A DNA stretch of 64,000 nt from Candidatus Poribacteria bacterium (GTDB lineage Bacteria > Poribacteria > WGA-4E > WGA-3G): contig OZ242029.1 in NCBI GenBank assembly GCA_965205015.1, positions 1,024,001 through 1,088,000 on the forward strand, in the 5' to 3' direction. Positions 38,620 to 47,273 of the stretch are shown here, in pieces (position 1 is the stretch's first letter; each line of letters begins with the position of its first letter). The notes under the pieces were generated by a model that was given only the letters and a program-made list of their open reading frames with translations, did not search any database and was not told the origin of the DNA. The position numbers and the translations under genes are program-made.

Positions 38620-40542
38620 CTACGGATAAAACTGATACATCGTGGTGTTCAGAAGGATGTTCAGGAGGCTCCACGTGCTTCCCATGAGATAATCGCCGAG
38701 GACCAACCCCAGAAAGAAGGGGATGGCGCGTCGATAACTCTGGATACCGCCGTGTCGGAGGATAAGCCATTTCAATGTCAAAGCGATCAACAACGGAATC
38801 CAGAGGTCGGACATCTCTTGGTTGCTCGCCATAACATAACCGAGTGGATGCAGCGGTAGCCAAAAGAACTTGACCCGAAGGTATGTCAGCACCATCATCA
38901 CAGAAAATCCTATGCCTATGAAGATGACGCCGAGCCAGTCTGTGCTGAGCGGATACGTAATCCAGTTCGTCAACCGTCCAAAGTATTCCCTCCCGTAACC
39001 GAGTGCCCACGGTCCAAAGTATCCGGAATCCGCACCGAATTTGTAATAGAAATGTAACTGCACCCAGAGTGCGACAATCACACCGAAAATGGTGGCGATG
39101 ATAACTGTCAAGAGCATCCGGCGTTGGTTAATATTGGCGAGTTCGGCGATTTTAAAAGCCTCCAACTGATGGGGCATCTGTTGCGGACGGTAATCTCGGT
39201 TGAAAAAGCAGACGGAGAGCGCCGTTAAGTTCCGGGCACCGAGACGGTGTGTCCCCAAAATGGTGTTTAAGATGTATCGGGGGGCTTGCCAGTGGTAGGC
39301 GTGGACGAAAATGCCGGACTCAGCGCGGATGCGCGTCGTCACCAACGGCGTTATGAGGAACAGGACAGCGAAAGTGAGCGCGAGCCAGACCGCCATGCCC
39401 GCCTTGTAGAGGAGAAACGCAAATAACAGGACACCCACGACAAAACCCCAAACAGCCACTCGATACGACATCGGTTCATCGTGCTGCGCAACGGGTGGCT
39501 CTCGTCCGCGCGAGGGTAGCGCGCTTCTCAAAACGGCACTGAAATGTCGTTTGCCCGTCCACCCAAAAAAGAAACAGAGTCCTACGAATGCCCCAATCGT
39601 TTGTTCGTTGAGATACGGAAAGCGCGGAATGCTACTCCACCCGACCGCTTTTGCCAAAGCGACTTCGTTCCGATAGAGAAAATAGAAGAGGCTCGTCGAA
39701 AAGAGGACATCTAACGGCATGAGAAACATAATGCCAATGGCAAATGGGTAAAAGGCGGTGATGATGGTGCCGTAAAGACTCAAGGGTGCCTCCTGAAACG
39801 AGAAAAAACGGCGCGTCACCGGAATATGCGGGATCACTGGATAGAGATGGCTTAATCCATTGAAAAGACTGATGCCAGCAGCGATTGAAAAACCGATCCA
39901 CATCCGCTTGTTTCGGAAGAAACCGGACGTGGGATTTGTCATCGCAAGCGGGAGTTGGATAATCGGGAAGGTCAGACGTTCCCGCTGTGCCCACTGCCGA
40001 CGGAGGATCGTGTTGAGGCAGAGAAAGATGAACGCTATGACTGAAAACAGTAATACCCATGCCCCTATCACCGGTAGCCAGACCCGTAAGTGAAGTGGAC
40101 GATATAGGCTCGATTCCCCAAGGTAATAACCACGGAGGGTGTTTCTATCTGAAACCGTGAGCCATTCCGGGAGATGGTGCCAAAATAGAGTGCGCCACTC
40201 GTTCTCTTCCGTTGCAAACCAGAAACTATGTCCAAGGACAGAGAGGATCGCTTGAAAGACATCGCATCCAGCCAAGCTTGTGGCGAAACTGAGCGTTACA
40301 TACAAAAACAGCAATTCGCCCTGTCCAAGTGCAAGATTGCTTTTTAGAAGCCGGATGACACCGTTCATCAGCATCACTGCGGTGAGGATGAAAATGACAT
40401 TGGACAGCGGGACCACCCACGTCGGGAAGGTATAGCGCACGAGTTCCATCTGGATGAGGAAATAGCAGTTGATGGGTGCACTAATAGCGAAGATGGTGAT
40501 GACGCGCCATGTCAGAGCACGCTGTTGAGGGAAAGAAGTCAA
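38620..40542 (-). CDS. Large polytopic membrane protein (DUF6785/DUF6784-like)
   Basis: Many TM segments; RRQW...ERL.FPI.QLP; RIRAE.G; WLPLHPLGY; PFFLGLVLG. TTG start uncertain. Confidence 0.75.
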   Translation of the reverse strand: MTSFPQQRALTWRVITIFAISAPINCYFLIQMELVRYTFPTWVVPLSNVIFILTAVMLMNGVIRLLKSNLALGQGELLFLYVTLSFATSLAGCDVFQAILSVLGHSFWFATEENEWRTLFWHHLPEWLTVSDRNTLRGYYLGESSLYRPLHLRVWLPVIGAWVLLFSVIAFIFLCLNTILRRQWAQRERLTFPIIQLPLAMTNPTSGFFRNKRMWIGFSIAAGISLFNGLSHLYPVIPHIPVTRRFFSFQEAPLSLYGTIITAFYPFAIGIMFLMPLDVLFSTSLFYFLYRNEVALAKAVGWSSIPRFPYLNEQTIGAFVGLCFFFGWTGKRHFSAVLRSALPSRGREPPVAQHDEPMSYRVAVWGFVVGVLLFAFLLYKAGMAVWLALTFAVLFLITPLVTTRIRAESGIFVHAYHWQAPRYILNTILGTHRLGARNLTALSVCFFNRDYRPQQMPHQLEAFKIAELANINQRRMLLTVIIATIFGVIVALWVQLHFYYKFGADSGYFGPWALGYGREYFGRLTNWITYPLSTDWLGVIFIGIGFSVMMVLTYLRVKFFWLPLHPLGYVMASNQEMSDLWIPLLIALTLKWLILRHGGIQSYRRAIPFFLGLVLGDYLMGSTWSLLNILLNTTMYQFYP

Positions 40543-40606
40543 TGTTAATTCGCCTCTGCGAAAAGCGTCAATCTCTGTTATCTGTCCCGGAAACAGAAAC
40601 GATTTG

Positions 40607-40873
40607 CTATAAGAAAGTTTTCACATCTTCAGGACTCGCCCCGACTGAGAGAGAAACGTGTCCCCATTCTTCGTTTGAAAGATGCTTTACTAATTCATCC
40701 CAGATAAGGCTATGTCTCTCTCTTGCCAACTTTCCATCAAACTTTCTGCTAATGATGACGATATGAATCAGGTCGTCAAAACCATCAGAGACATCGACCA
40801 GATCATTTTCGTCACAGAAGTACCCACCTTTGAGTTTATCGTAAATCTTCTGCTTTAATATTTCGCATGCCAT
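40607..40873 (-). CDS. Small BolA-like / minimal-nucleotidyltransferase-like protein; putative HEPN partner
   Basis: IHIVIISRKFDG...ERHSLIW..L; AAGGA SD before ATG 40873; directly follows the HEPN gene. Confidence 0.6.
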   Translation of the reverse strand: MACEILKQKIYDKLKGGYFCDENDLVDVSDGFDDLIHIVIISRKFDGKLARERHSLIWDELVKHLSNEEWGHVSLSVGASPEDVKTFL

Positions 40874-40887
40874 GTATATATCCTTCA

Positions 40888-41327
40888 CTAGATGTTATTG
40901 TTTATCCAGTGCATGACTTCTTCAACAGCTTCAATGAAAAAAGTTGCAGCATCACCAGTTGTTTGGCGGGTATAACGCCACTTTGGGGTCCAACGGTTGA
41001 CTAAATTAAATAAGGAAACCACATTTTGATTTTGCTGTAGACGATTATAGCCAGGGACAAGTTTAAACAGTTCTTCTAATTGATGGGTAAAAACTGTACT
41101 ACGTCCAGAGAGTATCGAACGCCGCTGGAGTTTTGCTTCTAACTCGCGCAAATTTTGGCATTCATAGATTTGCATCAACTTCGTCTTCAAGAGGCACTCC
41201 ACAGCGTAACCCGCAATGTACATTGAGCCCCGCCACCGAGAAGCCCGTAAAGAACCCTTGCATCCTCTAAGCGTTGTCGGCTAGCACTAGCCTGATCGCT
41301 TATACCATCATGCAAATCATGATTCAT
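40888..41327 (-). pseudogene. HEPN-domain gene with a 1-nt frameshift near 41250
   Basis: ATG 41327 gives MNHDLHDGISDQASASRQRLEDARVL; one extra T in CTTTA joins it to LRASRWRGSMYIAGYAVECLLK...THQL..L...W...WRY. Promoter TTGAAA-18-TATACT lies upstream. Confidence 0.7.
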
Positions 41328-41491
41328 TAACCAAACCTCATTAGGAAGTATACCACATTTTTCAACTCTGTTTCAAGGGGTATGAAACTTCACAGAGCCA
41401 CTCAGTTATCGGCTGTCAATCGTCACAGAGTTTGCAAATCTCGCCAGGAGAAAAAAAGAGAACCGTACTTACCTTTTGAAAGGATAAAGAC

Positions 41492-42763
41492 TTACCACTG
41501 TCCGTGCACAGGGGTCTCGCGTGCTTTCTCAAAGAGATCTGCCCATTCGTCAGTGCCGTCGTCGAAGGTTAACTCGAGACGCGCACCTTCCACCTGTGCC
41601 GCACCGTTGCCGGCATTGAAATAACTTAAACCATCACCGGACATGTGGATGCAACTGCCATCAGGATAAACAACCGTTTTGATGATACGCGGGACGGAAT
41701 GAATCGTGTAACCTTCAGCGTCTAACTGATCATCAGGCACGCGGAAACGTTCAATTGCGTCTTCATCGACTTCAACGCCTAACCCAGGGGCATCAGGGAC
41801 CTTGTGGCATCCCTCCGAGACCTGTATCGGTTGTGTGAGGAGATGGTCGCTGTAGAGATTAATACAGGTGATTGCGGGCCACGTCGCATGTGTGAGCACA
41901 CTGCCGAGATGCCCTGCCCACGTCGTTGTCAAGCCGTTTCCGACGATCTGGAGCCAAAACGGCATATCCGCTGCCGCACTGAGTTGTCCCTCACGCATGA
42001 CCTGCGATTTACCGCCACCGATGACGAATCCGGTGCATACGTCCTCACGGACGCAGGTGGTATAGGGCGGTGATCCGAAGTGCATGGCGACCTGACAGCC
42101 GACTTCTTGGCGAATTTGCTTGTTTCCGTCAACATCGCTCTGCGGAATAGGCGTCTCAAACATCGCTACGTTTGGGTGTGACGCGAGTTTTTGCAGGATC
42201 GGAATAGCCGTCTCTGCGTCGCGCCAAGAACCGTTGGGATCGAGATCGAGTTTGAAGTCCGACGGGACGCCTTCTGCGACCGCCTCTACCTGCGCGGCGA
42301 TATCCCACCACGGACGGGGTTTATTTTTGAAACTGGTATAACCGTTTTCCACGGCATCTGCGGCTTCCGCTGCCCAATTTTCAGGAGAGGCATCAATACA
42401 CCACCACGAAATTGGAACAGCCTCGCGATACTGGTTGTCAAGGAGTTGATAGACGGGTACCTCTAAAATTTTACCGACGACATCAAAAAGTGCCATCTGT
42501 AAGCCTGCACCGAGTGAATCGTCGTTCATGCGTTCGGCAGGGCTCTGCCCCAGTACACGTTCAACGCTGGCGTCGCTGACTCGGGAATAGGTATAGTGGA
42601 CGACAGTCTCCCCCCAACCGACATGCCCGGTATCCGTGGTAACCTTGCACAGTTCAAGGATCGACCAGTTGTAAACAGTGGACACGCTCTGGGTGGTAAT
42701 CTGTTGTTGTCGTGGAGTGAAGGGAACATCTACAAGCACACGTTCAACGTTCGTGACTTTCAT
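41492..42763 (-). CDS. Mandelate racemase/muconate-lactonizing enzyme family protein
   Basis: TDTG.VGWGE; MALFD.VGK.L.VPVY.LL; K.K.RPW; D.N; E.PI; PGLGVE.DE. Start at ATG 42763 (MKVT) after a GGAG SD. Confidence 0.88.
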   Translation of the reverse strand: MKVTNVERVLVDVPFTPRQQQITTQSVSTVYNWSILELCKVTTDTGHVGWGETVVHYTYSRVSDASVERVLGQSPAERMNDDSLGAGLQMALFDVVGKILEVPVYQLLDNQYREAVPISWWCIDASPENWAAEAADAVENGYTSFKNKPRPWWDIAAQVEAVAEGVPSDFKLDLDPNGSWRDAETAIPILQKLASHPNVAMFETPIPQSDVDGNKQIRQEVGCQVAMHFGSPPYTTCVREDVCTGFVIGGGKSQVMREGQLSAAADMPFWLQIVGNGLTTTWAGHLGSVLTHATWPAITCINLYSDHLLTQPIQVSEGCHKVPDAPGLGVEVDEDAIERFRVPDDQLDAEGYTIHSVPRIIKTVVYPDGSCIHMSGDGLSYFNAGNGAAQVEGARLELTFDDGTDEWADLFEKARETPVHGQW

Positions 42764-42823
42764 GGAAGGACTCCTAAGGTTCAATGGAAGGATGCGATGT
42801 ATAGGGACCTTGGAATGTGTTTG

Positions 42824-42871
42824 GAAAAAGAAAAGAGGCGAGGGGATTTGATTGAAGTCATCCCCTCGCTC
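42824..42871 (-). terminator. Rho-independent terminator
   Basis: GCGAGGGGA/TCCCCTCGC stem followed on the minus strand by a T-rich tract, just after the stop at 42881. Confidence 0.7.
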
Positions 42872-42880
42872 TATACGCCA

Positions 42881-43708
42881 TTAATAAGAGGTTTTAACCG
42901 CCCCCCAGCTGGTAGTGAGTTTGCCTTTGGCATCAATATCAAAGCCGTTGGCATTCGTAACCAGAACACTATCAACTCTACCCATTCCCCAGCTTTCATG
43001 CCAGATACCGACGCTGCCAGCACTCGTGTAATTGGCATTTTTGTATTCAAGGATAGGCTTTCCGAGGTCTTCGGAGGGTGCGAATAGGTCTTTGACTTCT
43101 TCAAGTTTCATGTACCATATTTTGACGTTCTTGCCTTGGACATCGACGCGTGCGAAATAAGGGACAGCGTTGGTTTGGTCGAGCCCCCCGCCTAAGCCGT
43201 GCGGCACAGATTCTAATTCTTTTCCACCATTCTCACAACCGCACTGGTCGAGACATTGTCCGGAAGGACAGCACCCGTCTGCCAGGCTCATAATCATAAC
43301 AGTTGCGGTCTCATTATATCCAAGGTAGACGAGATAGCCGTTATCGTCTCCTTTTCTGCGGAATTGAAAACCCACACCATCATCATCACCAAACGAGAAA
43401 ACCATTTGGATGATACCGTCGGTAAAGTTTTTCACGCCAGGCAGTTCTGTGTTCCCGGAGATGCCACATCCCTCAGCGGTTTGCTTCATGGATCTTTTTC
43501 CACCGAGTTTGCCACCTTCAAAATCATCTTCACCCCAGATAGTGCCAGCGTTTTCGGGTTTATAATTCTTGACATTGTTCACACCGGCATCGGGGATTGC
43601 CTCCTTGGAGCCCGGCTCAAAATCGGCGTAAAACACAACTTGACCGCTGGCGTGAAATGAAACAAATAGACTCAAAACGAGAATCAAAAGAAAAAAACGT
43701 ATTTTCAT
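42881..43708 (-). CDS. Secreted beta-sandwich (LamG/ConA-like) protein with Cys-rich loop and KLxTxWG tail, paralog 1
   Basis: Signal peptide; DDDGVG; DGCCPSGQCLDQCGCENGG; GSVGIW; GKLTTSWGAVK. Confidence 0.75.
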   Translation of the reverse strand: MKIRFFLLILVLSLFVSFHASGQVVFYADFEPGSKEAIPDAGVNNVKNYKPENAGTIWGEDDFEGGKLGGKRSMKQTAEGCGISGNTELPGVKNFTDGIIQMVFSFGDDDGVGFQFRRKGDDNGYLVYLGYNETATVMIMSLADGCCPSGQCLDQCGCENGGKELESVPHGLGGGLDQTNAVPYFARVDVQGKNVKIWYMKLEEVKDLFAPSEDLGKPILEYKNANYTSAGSVGIWHESWGMGRVDSVLVTNANGFDIDAKGKLTTSWGAVKTSY

Positions 43709-43964
43709 GAGATGCCTCCTCTGTTCTCATAAAAGGTTGTGTTGCCGTTTATTCACAAGCAACAGTGTGGTGACGAGGCTATAGGGGTGCTTAGATACCC
43801 GTATCACCAAGGGCACCTCGTCGTAAAACGAAAGTGGTGTTGGGTGAGGCATTGACCTCACCCGACAAAGACGAATAGTGGGATGGCAGGGAGACTGAGG
43901 TAGGAAAACCTCGCCCTGCAACGCCAATTGATTTTACGGTATTAGTCTATATTAAGGAAGGAGA

Positions 43965-44789
43965 CTAATAGCTGCTTTTAACATCGCCCCACGTTGTGGA
44001 GAGTTTGGCGTGTGGATCAACTGCTGTGAGTTTACCTGGACCGGTAACAAGGACGCTACCGACTCTTCCGTTGCCCCAACTTTCGTGCCAGACACCGACG
44101 GTACCGGGTCCCAAATCATCTGCGCCGTCGTATTCAGCGACTGGATCGCCGAGTTCACTGGAATCCACAAAGAGACCGGGGGCATCGTCAAGTTCCATAT
44201 ACCAAGCTTGAATGAGGCTTCCGGTGACTTCAACGCGTGCCAAATAGGCAACGCTGTTGTCTTGGGAGAGGTCCGCGCCCAAGCCGTGGTCAACACCGAC
44301 GAGCTCATTTCCACCGTTTTCGCAGCTGCACTGGTCGAGACATTGCCCGGAAGGACAGCATCCGTCGGCGAGGCTACCGATGATAATTTGGGGGGTTTCG
44401 TTATAGCCGAATGCGATGAGATAGCCCTTATCGTCGCCGACGCGTCCGATTAGGAAACCAACGCCGTCATCGTCTTGCCATGAAAAAACGGCTTGGACGA
44501 TACCCTCGGAGAAATCCGTAACACCGGGCAGGGGCGTATCCCCGGAGATGCCGCACCCTTCGGCAGTTTGATGCAAGGCACCGCTGCCATCAGGGAACTC
44601 ATCTGATGCCGCCCAAATGGTTCCAGCGTTTTCTGGCACCCAATTTGCCGGATCGTTGACGCTGACATCCGGGACTGCTTTAGAGCCGCTCACTTCAAAA
44701 TCAGCATAAAAAATTACCTGGGCACTCGCGTGGCTAATCAGCATGATTGAAAAAAGCGCGATGAGCACCAGAAGGTAGGTTCTTCTCAT
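43965..44789 (-). CDS. Secreted beta-sandwich protein with Cys-rich loop and KLxTxWG tail, paralog 2
   Basis: Signal peptide; DDDGVG; DGCCPSGQCLDQCSCENGG; AVDPHAKLSTTWGDVK. Confidence 0.75.
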   Translation of the reverse strand: MRRTYLLVLIALFSIMLISHASAQVIFYADFEVSGSKAVPDVSVNDPANWVPENAGTIWAASDEFPDGSGALHQTAEGCGISGDTPLPGVTDFSEGIVQAVFSWQDDDGVGFLIGRVGDDKGYLIAFGYNETPQIIIGSLADGCCPSGQCLDQCSCENGGNELVGVDHGLGADLSQDNSVAYLARVEVTGSLIQAWYMELDDAPGLFVDSSELGDPVAEYDGADDLGPGTVGVWHESWGNGRVGSVLVTGPGKLTAVDPHAKLSTTWGDVKSSY

Positions 44790-44908
44790 TTTTCACTCCT
44801 TTATTGATTGATCTTCCGCAAGTTAAGTCGTCTGTGTCAAATTCATTTTTATTTTCCAAAGACAGACTTTATATAAACAGGACGATTTCTGACGAAACCG
44901 TTGTCTAA

Positions 44909-44937
44909 AATATAGCAAAAAAGCAAATTTCTGTCAA
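44909..44937 (-). promoter_or_regulatory. Sigma70-type promoter for the Cys-loop gene pair
   Basis: Minus strand TTGACA-17 bp-TATATT with TG extension. Confidence 0.7.
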
Positions 44938-45000
44938 GAAAAATTTTAATTTTTTGGCAAGTTTTGTCGTTGCAAGGGGAAGGTGCAAGGTATGGTATTA

Positions 45001-47085
45001 TCAGTTGTCGCGCTGAAAACGGAAGACGCCACTGTGTTTTGTACCGATGTATAGCGTATTGCCATCCACAGCAAGGGAAGTCGCCGCGTAGGGGGCTTCC
45101 GACGTAATTTGTTCCCATATATTCGTCCGATTATCTACCTCATAAACACCGCTATCACGCACCCCGTAAAGGGTTGAGCCGTTAGGTGCAATCCAATCTA
45201 CAAGGAACGCCTTTCCGTCAGTATCGGTGAGTGCCTGCCAACCCTCGCCATCGAGCGAACGCATGACTCCCATGTCCGTTGAGATGTAGACAGTTGAACC
45301 CGCAAATACGATCTCTTTGAAATATGTAAACGAAAAAACGAGGTTTTCGGTAATGTCGTTCCAAGTATCCCCACCGTCCACAGATCGGAAAAGGTCGCCT
45401 TCCCGTTTACCGGCATACACAATATTCTCTGAAGCGGCAAGTGTAAAACCTTTTGCGTCAATGGGCGGAAGTTCTCCGTGATCTTCTAAACCGGTGTGGT
45501 GCCACGCCGTTTCGCCGGGTCGCCATCTGAAGAGTTTCCGACGGTGTTCCATAAAGACGGTTTCACCGGCGAGGATAAACCCGCCATTTGTTATGTCCTC
45601 TTTCGCGATATCGAGTAAACTCTCTCGCCACAGTCGCTCGGTTTCACGAACATTGACGTTCGTTTCTCTGGCTTCTCTGAGCCTTTTTTTCCATTCAACA
45701 TATAAGTTGTCTTCGTCGAAATCCGGTATATCTTGAACAGGTGTCAAGGCATCGCCTGTGATAGGCAAGTGAAAAAGTTGCGTTCGATGCCCCGCGATGC
45801 TACTTACATAAAGGGTCTCATCGGTTGTCCCAATCCTGGGAATCAGAAGTTTACCTCCACCATACACGTTAACAGACTCCCACGATTCACCACCGTCCGC
45901 TGATTTAGCAATCTTGCCCCCGGTAACCGCGTAGAGAACGGTTTCGCCTGCAATCAGACGCTGGACCTCGGCACTTACGAGTCCTGTCATAAAGGGATGC
46001 CATGAGTGACCACCATCTGTTGAGCGAGTGACCCCGGAAAGTTCGGATTTGTAAAAATTATTTTCATCCACTGCGACAATAGGCAAGAAACCGCCAGTAA
46101 AAGCGTGCTGTAGGTCGCGCCCTGGATCTGTCCACGTCTCGCCACGATCATAAGAGAGGAGCACCCCACCGGGCCCTATTACCAGAAGCGTGTCGCCCAC
46201 TGGAACAACCCTCACAGTGCCTATTAATTTAAATGGATGTTTATCGGTGTTAGGGGTAATATCGTTCCATGAATCGCCGAAGTCGGTTGAATAGAAGAGT
46301 GCGCAATGCAGCGCGTCCGGTTGATCTGAAATTGTTGTGACATAGAGTCTGTTTTCGATAGCTGCCAAGGAATTGGCACCCTCTGGCGTCGGCAGGGTCA
46401 TTTTTTCCCAATCGTCGGCAAACCGGAAAAGTCCTCGACTCGTTCCGACAAAAAGGATTTGGTTTGTGCCTGCAAAGAGAATATTGTCAATGGCAACAGC
46501 GTCGTGGATTCTAAAATCAACACCATTTGCCTCCGGTGTAAGCTGGGTTTGCAAACCTTCCCCAATAGGTGCCCACTGCTTACCACCATCCTCGGAACGA
46601 AATACCTCTGTTCTGAGGATGAGGTACATCGTCACATTGGCATCCTGTGGATCGCGCGCTCGGAGTGCATCTGTGACCGCCAAGGCGATAGGGGGTCCTT
46701 TGGGACGCGCGCCGAGGACCTTCCACGTTTTACCCTCGTCAGTTGAGGTCAAGACATTATCGGACGTGAGGAGGTAGAGAGTATCGCGATGCTCCGCCAT
46801 AATTGGATCAAACTGCCGACTTGGACCGGCGGAATTAATAAGCCGCCATGTGTCTGCTGCCTCTGTAAGTCGGTAGAGACCTGTTTTTGCAACAAGATAG
46901 AGCGTTCGGTCGGATGCGACAAAGAGCCCTGGTCTCGAAACGCCACCCAGCCCCTTCATCTGGATCCACTGCGGTTCTGCTGCGGAAACACCGGCTTCGT
47001 CGGCATCTAACGTTGGTGTGCCAAATCCTATTGCCAGAATGATAAGAAGTACCGATAGGAAATCGTTCAGTGTTTTTTGAATCAT
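45001..47085 (-). CDS. Secreted BNR/Asp-box beta-propeller protein
   Basis: Signal-like N-terminus; many S.D.G.TW Asp boxes; colinear with the C-terminal part of 47274..50213. Confidence 0.85.
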   Translation of the reverse strand: MIQKTLNDFLSVLLIILAIGFGTPTLDADEAGVSAAEPQWIQMKGLGGVSRPGLFVASDRTLYLVAKTGLYRLTEAADTWRLINSAGPSRQFDPIMAEHRDTLYLLTSDNVLTSTDEGKTWKVLGARPKGPPIALAVTDALRARDPQDANVTMYLILRTEVFRSEDGGKQWAPIGEGLQTQLTPEANGVDFRIHDAVAIDNILFAGTNQILFVGTSRGLFRFADDWEKMTLPTPEGANSLAAIENRLYVTTISDQPDALHCALFYSTDFGDSWNDITPNTDKHPFKLIGTVRVVPVGDTLLVIGPGGVLLSYDRGETWTDPGRDLQHAFTGGFLPIVAVDENNFYKSELSGVTRSTDGGHSWHPFMTGLVSAEVQRLIAGETVLYAVTGGKIAKSADGGESWESVNVYGGGKLLIPRIGTTDETLYVSSIAGHRTQLFHLPITGDALTPVQDIPDFDEDNLYVEWKKRLREARETNVNVRETERLWRESLLDIAKEDITNGGFILAGETVFMEHRRKLFRWRPGETAWHHTGLEDHGELPPIDAKGFTLAASENIVYAGKREGDLFRSVDGGDTWNDITENLVFSFTYFKEIVFAGSTVYISTDMGVMRSLDGEGWQALTDTDGKAFLVDWIAPNGSTLYGVRDSGVYEVDNRTNIWEQITSEAPYAATSLAVDGNTLYIGTKHSGVFRFQRDN

Positions 47086-47273
47086 GGCTTTTCTCCTTAT
47101 TCGGGATTTGAATCCGGAAAACGTTGGGTTTCACTGGGTATCCTTACGATGGAGCGTATATGAGCAAAGGACGGTTTTCTGGATTGGCAAGCATCGGACT
47201 GCTCCCCGTTCAACCCAACCTACACTGAAGGGCTGCCCTTAAATTGATATATATGATGTGGGTGAAACCTAAC

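Noticed and set aside
43710-43950. Riboswitch or ncRNA between the Cys-loop paralogs
   Set aside because: The hairpins (GGGTGAGG...CCTCACCC, GAGG...CCTCGCCC) resemble degenerate REPs; no riboswitch consensus recognised.
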